Assembly: GCA_051439425.1 (NCBI GenBank)
Contig: JBFRWD010000160.1
Coordinates: 1-20,294, forward strand
Length of the DNA stretch: 20,294 nt
Reading direction: 5' to 3'
DNA from: Synechococcus sp.
GTDB taxonomy: Bacteria > Cyanobacteriota > Cyanobacteriia > Thermostichales > PCC-7336
Shown: piece after piece, positions 1 to 9,018 of the stretch
How positions within the stretch are numbered: the first letter of the stretch is position 1
How the letters are laid out: each line of letters begins with the position of its first letter
Translations under genes and position numbers: made by a program
The notes under the pieces: model-generated
Databases searched by the model: none
Told to the model about the DNA's origin: nothing
What the model saw: only the letters and a program-made list of their open reading frames with translations

Positions 1-46
1 GCTGAGTCCAGCAGACCGGTTAGGATTTCTTTCAGGCTATCCATCG

Positions 47-1267
47 GTGCGGGTTTTGTTTATAGTCGCACTCTACATGGTGGGTAGCTTTTCTTCCCTC
101 GCCGACTCAAAACTGTCCGGAGTGTTGGAATCAGGAATTGGATTTAAAGAGACTATTCGAGAATCCTACAGTGCAGTCCTGCCAAAAAAAGAATCCAATT
201 CTAACCTGCGAATTCAAGCTGAAAATCTTCAAAGACCTGAAGTCTTCCGAATCGAAAGTAATAAACTTTTCTCCGGTGGTAAGGCAATCAGCCTTCGGGG
301 GGGGAAATGGAACGAACAAGGTCGAGCAGTCTACGTTCACAAGGGAGATGGGGGAATCTACGACCTTAAACTCAACTATTTTGATGAAAATGATGGTACC
401 GGAAACATAAAAGTCTTAGTTAACAATAAATTGGTCGACCAGTGGTCTTTAAACCGCAACTCTGGCTCTAGTGACATTAGCGCTAACAACCGTCAGGTTC
501 GAACCATTAAGGGGCTCGAGGTTGAAGCTGGAGATCGAATCACCTTCGTTGGCAAGGAACATCGCAAAGAGTTCCTTCGTATAGATTATTTCGATCTCAA
601 AAAAACGAACTCGCCGCCTCCCACCGAATCGTTTCTCGAATACCGTTTTGACCACACCCCTGGCGACACCATCCGCGACACCGGCGGTTTCGGTCTCAAC
701 ACAAGCCTCATCAACCCCACCAGCACTAAGCCAACCTGGACCGAGGGTATGGTTGGTGGCGCATTGTCGTTTAACGGTTCCACCGACTACGTTTGGGTTG
801 ACGACAACAATAAGCTTGACCTCAACCAATGGTCGATCGGTGCATGGATCAAATACACCTCATATGATGCAAGGCGCCTCGAAGTCATGGAAAAGGCAGG
901 GGCTTATTGGATGAACGTGCGTATGGACACGGGGTTCCTTCGAGTAGGTGGGCTATTCGGGTCAGAGTCAAACCAGTCCTGGCACTACTTGGATACCGAT
1001 GTAGCCGTGCCTGAGAACACCTGGGTGCACGTGGCGGGTTCGTTTGACGGCAATACTATTCGAACCTATATCAATGGAACTCTTAACACCACCAAGTACA
1101 TAGGCAACGTTCGCACCGCAGTCAACCAGGAACCACTCATTATTGGTGCCAAACACAAAACAAGAACGAACGAAGACCCTACGGCACATTTCTTAGGCAC
1201 CATCGACTCGGTACGTGTCTACCCTCGAGCGCTCAGCAATGCTGAGTTAAGAGCAAGTATTGACTAG
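47..1267 (+). CDS. Putative secreted protein: CBM6/CBM35-like jelly-roll domain + C-terminal LamG (concanavalin A-like) domain
   Basis: 406-aa ORF with a hydrophobic N-terminus (RVLFIVALYMVGSFSSLA). RIQAEN...SGGKAISL...YFDENDG...RIDYFDL resembles cyanobacterial CBM-like modules. A PPPT linker precedes GGALSFNGSTDYV, NTWVHVAGSFDG..IRTYING and FLGTIDSVRVYPRALS, typical of LamG_3. The frame is open back to base 2, so the true start may lie outside the window. Confidence 0.8.
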   Translation: MRVLFIVALYMVGSFSSLADSKLSGVLESGIGFKETIRESYSAVLPKKESNSNLRIQAENLQRPEVFRIESNKLFSGGKAISLRGGKWNEQGRAVYVHKGDGGIYDLKLNYFDENDGTGNIKVLVNNKLVDQWSLNRNSGSSDISANNRQVRTIKGLEVEAGDRITFVGKEHRKEFLRIDYFDLKKTNSPPPTESFLEYRFDHTPGDTIRDTGGFGLNTSLINPTSTKPTWTEGMVGGALSFNGSTDYVWVDDNNKLDLNQWSIGAWIKYTSYDARRLEVMEKAGAYWMNVRMDTGFLRVGGLFGSESNQSWHYLDTDVAVPENTWVHVAGSFDGNTIRTYINGTLNTTKYIGNVRTAVNQEPLIIGAKHKTRTNEDPTAHFLGTIDSVRVYPRALSNAELRASID

Positions 1268-1422
1268 CAATACTGACACTGCCAACGAAACAAACAGAGG
1301 CCAGAAGTTCTTTTTCTGTCACTGCTTCTAAGCAGATTCAGATATAAGGGCGATCTGATGCTATTAAGCGACTTTCTTACACATATTGATTACATCCAAA
1401 ACCCGCAACCAGTTGGCGGTCA

Positions 1423-2844
1423 TCAAGAGTCGCGAATGACTGCGATTGCTCCATCATCGATCGCCTCGATTAACTGCGTCCAATCCCTTTCGGTACGGTC
1501 GGCATAGCGATCGGCAAACTCGACCATGATGTCGTCAAAGGTATCGTCTTCACCGATATACCCTCGGATCGCCATGGCATCTCCCGAGCGAGCATGAGCG
1601 AATGCGAGGGCTTTCCCGCATAAACCTGCGAATATCGCCAGACGCTTTGGACCCATCTCCTCAACTTCTATCTTCCCCTTGCCATCCCAGAGCTGGCGGA
1701 AATAAAAGTCTATCGGTTCATGTCCTTCAGGCTGCTGCCAGCGCGACCACCCCAGAAAAACGTCGCTGGTTGCCTGAATTAAGCGCTGTCCTTCCACAAC
1801 TCGTTGACCCGCATTCTCGAATACACTTGCTCCCAAAAACGGCTCGAGCACTGAAGGTACCGCCTGTTTGAACTGTAAAAACAGAGGCGTACCGTCTCCA
1901 GCTTCCAATAGCAGGATTAGGCAATGGGTGCCAACACTGCCAACACCAACGACTTTTCTGGCAACATCAACCACTGAGAAGCGATCGAGCAGCACGCGCC
2001 GGTCGAGAGGAAGGGTCTCGCGGTAACTCTCGAAAAAAGCAGAAACCTCACTCGATTGCAAAGCTGAAAGATGGTCGTCGAGGCGGACGATTCGCGGCGG
2101 ATCGGGGACGATGACTCGACGCCCATTGACGATGTCGGTCAGTTTGCGCAGGGCACGTAGGCTATTCTTACTGGCAGCCCGCTCCAAGACCTTCTGTTTC
2201 CATTTCACATGCTTCTTCCCGTGGCCCTTGCAGCGTTGGAGTGCAGCCTCGGACTCCAGCCGGTAGTAGTGCAGTTGAAAGGGATTAAGTTCGGAGCTTT
2301 CCTCGATAAATTTGCGGTAGTTCCGCATCGCTGAGCGAGTTGCAGCATGACTCTTTTTACGAGAAAAACCGTTGCAGCGTGCTGACACCATGACGCTGCT
2401 GGCAAGTCGTTTAACATCCCACTCGAACGGACCGGGGAGCGTCTCGTCGAAATCATTCAGATCGAACACCAATTGGCGGTCAGGGGAGTTGTACCAGCTA
2501 AAGTTACCAAGATGAGCATCACCACAGAGTTCGACCCACAGATCGGTCTCGGTCCTCGCACCTACCGCCAAGTCGCTGGCCATGACCGCAGCCGCCCCCC
2601 GCAGAAAGGTAAATGGTGTCGCGCTCATTCGCCCGTAGCGGAGTGGGACAACTTCCGCGAGTCGGCTCTTGTCCTGCTGCGTCAGTATTTCTAGAGGATT
2701 GGAGCGATCGCTCTCTGGCACTAGCTCGGAGTGGGCTTCCAGAGGTACTGATTCTCGCTCCGATCTTCCGGCATCGTAGCGATCGCTAGGTGATTCACTA
2801 TGGTGAGCCAACATGGTCTTGATGCTGGCAGGGGCTACTGTCAT
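1423..2844 (-). CDS. DUF2252 family protein (kinase-like fold)
   Basis: 473 aa with RYGRMSATPFTFLRGAAAVMASDL, LCGDAHLGNF, FDLNDFDE, WDVKRL, KVVGVGSVGT, GQRVVEGQR and LAFAHARSGD. GAGGGAG SD-like sequence upstream of the ATG. Confidence 0.92.
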   Translation of the reverse strand: MTVAPASIKTMLAHHSESPSDRYDAGRSERESVPLEAHSELVPESDRSNPLEILTQQDKSRLAEVVPLRYGRMSATPFTFLRGAAAVMASDLAVGARTETDLWVELCGDAHLGNFSWYNSPDRQLVFDLNDFDETLPGPFEWDVKRLASSVMVSARCNGFSRKKSHAATRSAMRNYRKFIEESSELNPFQLHYYRLESEAALQRCKGHGKKHVKWKQKVLERAASKNSLRALRKLTDIVNGRRVIVPDPPRIVRLDDHLSALQSSEVSAFFESYRETLPLDRRVLLDRFSVVDVARKVVGVGSVGTHCLILLLEAGDGTPLFLQFKQAVPSVLEPFLGASVFENAGQRVVEGQRLIQATSDVFLGWSRWQQPEGHEPIDFYFRQLWDGKGKIEVEEMGPKRLAIFAGLCGKALAFAHARSGDAMAIRGYIGEDDTFDDIMVEFADRYADRTERDWTQLIEAIDDGAIAVIRDS

Positions 2845-2933
2845 ACAACTCCCTCTCTCAAAATTTGAGCCATCAATCGCAGAACTTTAGATGCACTATA
2901 CCGAGCAGATAAATACCCGAATCGGACGTAGAC

Positions 2934-2969
2934 ATCCGCACTGTCAACCGTTCAGTTGACAGTGCGGAT
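2934..2969. repeat. Perfect 15-bp inverted repeat with 6-nt loop
   Basis: ATCCGCACTGTCAAC (2934-2948), CGTTCA, GTTGACAGTGCGGAT (2955-2969). Confidence 0.9.
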
Positions 2970-2988
2970 CAGCATACTTATGTTCACC

Positions 2989-3010
2989 CGTCATTGGCAT
3001 GCCAATGACG
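2989..3010. repeat. Perfect 22-bp palindrome
   Basis: CGTCATTGGCA|TGCCAATGACG with no spacer. Confidence 0.9.
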
Positions 3011-3073
3011 AAACATCTCGGCACCTAAGTTGCCAAGGTCTTCCAGAACAAATGCAAATGGTCGCGGCCCCAC

Positions 3074-3112
3074 TCCCCCTGTTCGCATACGAGGCCCAAC
3101 CGAATAAGGGGA
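3074..3112 (-). terminator. Possible terminator or RNA-stabilising hairpin after the DUF1400 gene
   Basis: On the minus strand TCCCCTTATTCG pairs with CGAACAGGGGGA (one G-U pair, one mismatch), about 20 nt after the stop at 3133. No clear U tract. Confidence 0.35.
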
Positions 3113-3132
3113 CGCTGAAGACTCAGCTAGAA

Positions 3133-3957
3133 CTATTCAGCACCTTCACCTTCTGTGAATGGGTCGTCGATGAATTCATCAACATCGACGCCTAAGGACT
3201 TGAGGTTTTGGTATAGCTCCCAAATCGCCGCGCGAGGAATCACGATATCGCCTTCTGGAGGAGTTTCGCTATCCAGGTCGATTTCTGTCAAACCACTTCT
3301 GACAGTGATATCACCCACTTGCTCGACAAATGCAACAATCTTCAACGCTAGTGCATCCGATTTTTGCTCGTCCAAAAAGGATTCTGCAAGCAATTCAAGA
3401 TCGCCGAGAGGATCGTCAACTTGGGAGAAGGTATCTACGGTGCTGCGAAGATCTTCTGCAAATTCTTGAGCTTCCTGAACCATCGTGACTAATAGCTCGG
3501 CATCCACAACGAATCTTGTATTGGGATACTCTTCCATGAACTCGATGGTCGTGAACGTACCGTCTGTAGACGCATTGACAAAAGCAGCTCGGAGAGCCTG
3601 AACACCATCCACAGTGGGTGCAGATGGGCTAATGACATTTGATAGCTCTGTCAGAATGGCGTTTCCTAAACCGCTCTGAAGGAATTGTGAGAATGAAGTG
3701 AAATTAACGTTGATCTCAAAGTTCAACGCATCTTGTGCACTTTCAATTTGGGATTCATCAAGAAAGTCGAAATACCATCTCAGTTTGCTGTCAACCTCAC
3801 CAGTTTCAGCAAACGTAGCGAAAGATGCAACAGGTATATCTCTGTTTACCGCCCCGTAGGTAATTCTCATGTCCTCTGCAGCATTGGCGGTAGGCGCGAT
3901 CGCAATAGGAAGAGCCGCTAATACTGCAATCAGAGGACTTTTGTTTAGCCAGTTCAT
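3133..3957 (-). CDS. Secreted DUF1400-domain protein with an acidic C-terminal region and no hydrolase domain
   Basis: Signal peptide MNWLNKSPLIAVLAALPIAIAPTANA-AE. AEDMRITYG...IPVASFATFAETGEV...QALRAA...TTIEFMEEYP matches the cyanobacterial DUF1400 pattern. ATG at 3957, downstream of GGAG, is preferred over the TTG at 3978. Confidence 0.75.
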   Translation of the reverse strand: MNWLNKSPLIAVLAALPIAIAPTANAAEDMRITYGAVNRDIPVASFATFAETGEVDSKLRWYFDFLDESQIESAQDALNFEINVNFTSFSQFLQSGLGNAILTELSNVISPSAPTVDGVQALRAAFVNASTDGTFTTIEFMEEYPNTRFVVDAELLVTMVQEAQEFAEDLRSTVDTFSQVDDPLGDLELLAESFLDEQKSDALALKIVAFVEQVGDITVRSGLTEIDLDSETPPEGDIVIPRAAIWELYQNLKSLGVDVDEFIDDPFTEGEGAE

Positions 3958-4450
3958 GATGTTAATTAAACTCCACAATAGGACTTTTAAAAGAAATATG
4001 GCTCAGATGCTATATCTCAAATTGCCGAATGAATATACCCATTTAGAGCCATTAAAGGAATCATATTATGATTGCAGACTAAGTTTATGGCATAATTTAT
4101 TTTTCTTTATTATTTATGCCAGTTACGAAAAAATATATCTGACCGACAAACGGAGCGAATTATGGCGATCGCAAAGGGAATCCATAAAAAAGATATTTTG
4201 GATCTCAAGTGGATTGGCTCAATTACATAAAGGTCTGTGGTAATGACTATCACAGTATGAGGCTTACGGATATTCGTTGCCTGCTAGATGTCAATTCCGA
4301 GTGGCCCCAGGTTTAATTGAGATAAATTGGGTAAGTGTTGCTAATGCTATTTTTGTTGCCTGAAAATAGATTCTAAATCACAAGTGTACATGTCTCTTTG
4401 AGATTGGGATTGGTGCTTGAAATTAACTCTCGGCATTTCATACTGCCAAG

Positions 4451-5029
4451 CTACCGCTCGTCGATTAGCATGCGGGTATCCTGCCCCAATCGTTTAAAGA
4501 CACGCGACACAGTAATAAAGCTAGAGTCAATGGACGTAACGCGTTCTGGCTCCAGTAGGGCTACAGCACCAGAACGAGGGTCAGGAGCTCCAGGAATAAA
4601 CACCACAACTTGTCCGTCTTGGGTTCTCTCCACTTCAAATGCCACTTGTGACTGATCGTCAAGACGAATCATTACCGGCTGCATACCGTGTTCGTCGGAG
4701 CTAATATCCAACTCGGCAGTTTGGCTTTTCAGAAATGCATAGCCGGGTACATACATCTGCAATTGAGTATCGAGAGCCTGAAAGGTCTTAATTCCCCAAA
4801 CACTCTTGGCAAATAACCCTGCCAGGAAGCAAATGGCTAAGATGATCGCAACAGCTAAAACATTAACGATAGCAATACCGCCAATTGACTCAATCCCAAT
4901 TGATTCGGCCAAAGGCACTGCAATTAGCAGCACCAAATTAAATGCTTTGCCTAGTACAGCCACCGCAATGATGACAGGAATGAGAAAAATCACCCCGCCA
5001 ATAGATGTTGTTTTGATGAAATTTAGCAT
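4451..5029 (-). CDS. DUF502 family membrane protein
   Basis: 192 aa with two N-terminal TM segments, VPGYAFLK and VVVFIPGAPDPRSG. Confidence 0.8.
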   Translation of the reverse strand: MLNFIKTTSIGGVIFLIPVIIAVAVLGKAFNLVLLIAVPLAESIGIESIGGIAIVNVLAVAIILAICFLAGLFAKSVWGIKTFQALDTQLQMYVPGYAFLKSQTAELDISSDEHGMQPVMIRLDDQSQVAFEVERTQDGQVVVFIPGAPDPRSGAVALLEPERVTSIDSSFITVSRVFKRLGQDTRMLIDER

Positions 5030-5307
5030 TGTAAATGATTGCCGTGATTTTGTCTGGCGCAGTAATTAATTGGGCCATTCAATATATCACTATTTTAGGG
5101 CGTCACCTCATTCAGAAGATAAGTTGTTTTAAGAAGTGGAACGACAGCGTAACCTAGGAGTGAAATTTAAGGTTCCCAGACAAAAATAGATTCCAACCAG
5201 GCTGCCAATTTGTATAAGTTTGCACTGAAGGTTGCGCTGTATTCAATATTTGGCTGACTGGCTCCTCCGCTTATTGCGCAATTGGTTCTTGAGCCATTCG
5301 AAAGAAT

Positions 5308-7095
5308 CTACTTGTGGTTATCGACTTTAAAACCTGGAGCCCGATAGTCTGTGGACAAGTAGTCCTCCGGAATAGTCGTCATATTGCCATCACGAATAGC
5401 CGAGTAACGAGGAGATAGAATCTCTATATCAGCTTCATTGCACTTATCTTGAATATTTTCGTGAAGTCGCGAATAAACAGCCCCCATTTCTAGTGGGCGA
5501 TCGGTATATGCTCGTAAGCTGTAGCTGGGATAGTAATCATCAAGACTGGTTTGCCATACGAATGGCTCGGGATCCTTTAAAATTCCATCGGTTGCTAAAG
5601 CAGCATTCGTTAGCACCTCATATACCTGTCGCCAAGGCACGTCATACCCTAAAGTGACAGTTGTACTGAGGCGCAGTGGGCTTTTCAGCTCGCGCGTCGA
5701 AGCTGAGTAGTTGACAATATTGGTAGAAGTAAGACTGCTATTGGGGATAGTGACAATCTCATTATCTGGTGTAACTATCTGTGTCGATAGAATTGATTTC
5801 TCCAGAACTTTTCCCCGTACACCATTAACATCGACGATGTCTCCAATCTGAAAAGCCCGCGTATAAATACTGACCAATCCACTCACAACATTTCCAATGG
5901 CCGAGGTCGAACCCAAGGTAAACAGAGCACCAACAAAAATGGATATTCCTTGAAACCCAGGAGAATCCGAAGCCGGCAAGTGAGGGAATATCAGAATACC
6001 TGCTAAGGCGTAGATAAGTACTGTTGCTAAAGCTGATGTTGGTTGGGCCCATTCTGTATAAAAACCAGGAAGAGTAATAACTCCCCGCTCCAATGCTTTA
6101 AATATATATTTAGACAAGCGATTGGAGTAATAGGCGATGGTTATGAAGACTATGATTGTGATTAAGCTCGGAAGATAATTGATAAATCCATTCAATACCG
6201 AGCTAATAGCCCCCCAAAAAGCGGTCAGAATTTTTACTGCAATTGGTGCGGTCGCAGGAAAGGAGCCAAGGAGAAAGGGGATGTATAAATATAGCAGAAA
6301 GGCGTAAATTGCGATTCGTGCAATTCTAGTTGCGATGTTAATTCCATTCTGGATTTGGCGATTTGACAGAAATTCTAGTCCTTGAAAACTAACTGACTCC
6401 AAGCTTTCTTCTTGCCAATCTTCTAGATAGGATTGAATAAACTTGAAAGTCTTGTTCGTCAGCCAAAATGCAATGACTACACCCAAGGTCGCTAATGCTG
6501 CTTTAAGAGCACTAAACATGAGTTGTTTGAAGGTTCGAGAGGTTCTGAATTCTTCAACAGCGTTCTTGACAATCTCTAGCTTGTCCTGAGCGTAGTCATC
6601 TAGTGGAATACCTTCAGCATCCGCATCAGCCTGGGTTAAGGGCAACAGTACTGATTTCCCCGAAACCATTAGCTGTACACCTTCGATCTGGCTGAGTTCT
6701 AGGGATTCTAGTAATGTGCCGCGATCGCTGGCAAATTCTGCAATATTTTCGCTGGCAATCTCAGCTCTCTCTGCGGGAGTCAGCGGCCCGAGTCCAACTT
6801 CCAGCGTAAAGAGTTCTTCTGCACCCAACATCACAGGAGATGGTTCTAACTGCGCCAGGTTGCGGTCATCGGTCTGCTCATCTGAGTTATCTTCATCAGC
6901 AGCCGGCTGATTTGAATCCGAGTCATTGGTATCTTCACCTGTTGGCGGTGAAGCGTTTTCATTTTGAACAGTTTGGCTTTGAGTTGGGGGCGCTGTATCG
7001 ACCGAGTTGTCTTGAGGCAGTACCGATTGCCCGAGCGAAAAAAACAAGCAACTTGTCAGTGCCAACACTAGCAAAGAGTATATTAATTTGCGCAC
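5308..7095 (-). CDS. Mechanosensitive ion channel, MscS family, with a large periplasmic N-terminal region
   Basis: Signal peptide plus acidic linker and several TM helices. Motifs GNVVSGLVSIYTRAFQIGDIV, GKVLEKSILSTQIVTPDNEIVTIPNS and VTLGYDVPWRQV. Confidence 0.92.
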   Translation of the reverse strand: MRKLIYSLLVLALTSCLFFSLGQSVLPQDNSVDTAPPTQSQTVQNENASPPTGEDTNDSDSNQPAADEDNSDEQTDDRNLAQLEPSPVMLGAEELFTLEVGLGPLTPAERAEIASENIAEFASDRGTLLESLELSQIEGVQLMVSGKSVLLPLTQADADAEGIPLDDYAQDKLEIVKNAVEEFRTSRTFKQLMFSALKAALATLGVVIAFWLTNKTFKFIQSYLEDWQEESLESVSFQGLEFLSNRQIQNGINIATRIARIAIYAFLLYLYIPFLLGSFPATAPIAVKILTAFWGAISSVLNGFINYLPSLITIIVFITIAYYSNRLSKYIFKALERGVITLPGFYTEWAQPTSALATVLIYALAGILIFPHLPASDSPGFQGISIFVGALFTLGSTSAIGNVVSGLVSIYTRAFQIGDIVDVNGVRGKVLEKSILSTQIVTPDNEIVTIPNSSLTSTNIVNYSASTRELKSPLRLSTTVTLGYDVPWRQVYEVLTNAALATDGILKDPEPFVWQTSLDDYYPSYSLRAYTDRPLEMGAVYSRLHENIQDKCNEADIEILSPRYSAIRDGNMTTIPEDYLSTDYRAPGFKVDNHK

Positions 7096-7490
7096 CAGCT
7101 TTTCCAGAGTTTTAAAGGTGAATTATAGTTTATACCCCGAATAAACTCTCGTTTTCTTTGTCATGGTTTCGTTTTCTGCCCACGATCGTGCGAGTCTTGT
7201 CAAAAACTGATGCTTACTTTCTTGTATTTCCGCTCTCGCTGGCATCAAAATATACCTTTTCTGCCTCGTAACAATAACTCTGGTTGTATTGAAACAAAGA
7301 GCTTAGCGACAAGAACTTATAGCGGCTCCTGGATGTTTATACGACAATCCCAAAGAGCCGATCGAAGAAGTTTATTTGAGTAACAATGTCTCCCCTCAAA
7401 AAACCTTCACACCGTCCCTTGTGATTCATATGGCCTTTGGAGAATGTTTTCCAACATCATTACCACTAGTTACCACTGAGAGTACAGATT

Positions 7491-8735
7491 TTAATTTCGT
7501 ATTTTCGATGTCAAATGTTTGGAATCTACTTGAGATATTGTAGGTAGTAAATCATAATTCTTCTCTTTGACAAGCCAAATTATAGTTGCTCCAATCCCAG
7601 TCATTAAGCCCAACAATTGCAAAGCTTTAGAAAAGTCAAAGAGTTGAATCAATACACCCCCAAATAAAGGTCCCAATACCTTGCCCGCATTGTTGAGGGA
7701 GCCAACCAAACCCATTCCGGCTCCCAAGTGCTGAGGTGGAATTTGCGTTGCCACCAAAGCCATTGTTGAGGGAAAGACCATTGCCTGGGCGACTCCCATC
7801 ACCCCAGCCAATGCCAACAATGCGGTGGCGGTTTGGGTCAGAGTGAGCAGAGGTAACGCGATGCCTAAAATAGCCATGCCCAAGGCGATTATAGGGAGGT
7901 ATCCCCGGCGATCGCCCCAACGGCCCCCCCAGGGCTTAAGCACCATATGAACTCCTTCCTGTATAGAGAAAAAGAGTCCCACTAGGGCCACATTCATACC
8001 AGTATCTAAGGCATAGACTGGCAGGAAGGCTTTGATGGCATATAAGGCAATAAACACGGCGGCATTCAGCCCCCCAGATAGCCAGACGGCAGGGGTTTGC
8101 CCACCGGCCTTGAGCGCCGCGACCATTGGCTGTCTCAGGGGCACGGCTTTGGCTTCATGTTGCTGGGGCACTGTTGGCAGCAGCAGCAGGGGCACAAACA
8201 CCAGACTGCTCAATAGGCCAATCACGGTGAATACCTGCACGGGGCTGAGGACAAGCAGCAACGTTCCGGCGATCGCAGGTCCCAATATGTATCCGACACT
8301 GCGGGCCATGCTAAACCAGCCCAACCGTTCAGCCTGTCGGCGGCGTGATAGCTCGGCCACAAAGGCGACGGTAACGGGACCGTAAATGGCTGTGGCCAAG
8401 CCGTGAATCAGGCGAATGGCAAACAGTTGCTCGGGGGTCTGTACAAACCGATAGAGAAACGGCGTCACCGCGAAAAAAACGGCGCCAGCGATCAACCAGG
8501 TACGACGACCCCAGCGATCGGACAGGAGACCAATGAAGGGTTTCAGCACCATACCGGTGACCGTAGACACCGCCACAATTAAGCCCAAAAAGGCTCCAGT
8601 GGCTCCTAAAGAGGCGGCCAAAATGGGCAACAAGGGTGTTTTGCCCATTTGGTAGGCCGAACGAGCAAATAGATCGGCGGTCGTAATGTAGGCAAAATTG
8701 CGGCGGTGTTGCATGAGCAAGGGTGTTTTGGTCAA
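7491..8735 (-). CDS. MFS transporter
   Basis: About 12 hydrophobic segments, MFS motif A GLLSDRWGRR and its second-half repeat GRWGDRRG. The start could be the TTG at 8735 or the ATG of MQHRR. Confidence 0.92.
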   Translation of the reverse strand: MTKTPLLMQHRRNFAYITTADLFARSAYQMGKTPLLPILAASLGATGAFLGLIVAVSTVTGMVLKPFIGLLSDRWGRRTWLIAGAVFFAVTPFLYRFVQTPEQLFAIRLIHGLATAIYGPVTVAFVAELSRRRQAERLGWFSMARSVGYILGPAIAGTLLLVLSPVQVFTVIGLLSSLVFVPLLLLPTVPQQHEAKAVPLRQPMVAALKAGGQTPAVWLSGGLNAAVFIALYAIKAFLPVYALDTGMNVALVGLFFSIQEGVHMVLKPWGGRWGDRRGYLPIIALGMAILGIALPLLTLTQTATALLALAGVMGVAQAMVFPSTMALVATQIPPQHLGAGMGLVGSLNNAGKVLGPLFGGVLIQLFDFSKALQLLGLMTGIGATIIWLVKEKNYDLLPTISQVDSKHLTSKIRN

Positions 8736-8791
8736 GAATTCGTCTGTGAAATTAAATCCATTAATTTAGTAACCAGCGTGGCCCGCTCCAC

Positions 8792-8827
8792 ATAGGCTTG
8801 CTACTCCAAATAGGCTTGCTACTCCAA
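8792..8827. repeat. Exact 18-bp tandem duplication
   Basis: ATAGGCTTGCTACTCCAA at 8792-8809 and at 8810-8827. Confidence 0.95.
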
Positions 8828-9018
8828 AATCAGTACGCCTGAACATGAACTGGCGGTAATAGCGGGAGGGATGATGCAATAGTTGGATTCCACGTGGGAA
8901 AGCCCATCGCTGCGGGACACCTGGTGAGCCATAACATCAAACTGGACTTTCCCCTTAACCCATCCCCTGTCTTGGCGTATGCAGGGGCTAGCGAGTCAGT
9001 TGATTTAACTCAGGTAGG

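Noticed and set aside
4088..4121. TGGCATAA-N18-TTATGCCA inverted repeat
   Set aside because: Only 8-bp arms in very AT-rich DNA, plausible by chance.
3869..4243. 124-aa plus-strand ORF
   Set aside because: It overlaps the DUF1400 start on the opposite strand and runs through AT-rich promoter DNA, with no protein-like motifs.
7318..7450. TATAGCGGCTCC... as the end of a MITE or IS630-type element
   Set aside because: It resembles cyanobacterial TA-flanked element ends, but I found no matching second inverted end.
8792..8827. CRISPR-like repeat
   Set aside because: Only two abutting 18-bp copies, with no spacer and no cas genes. A simple duplication.
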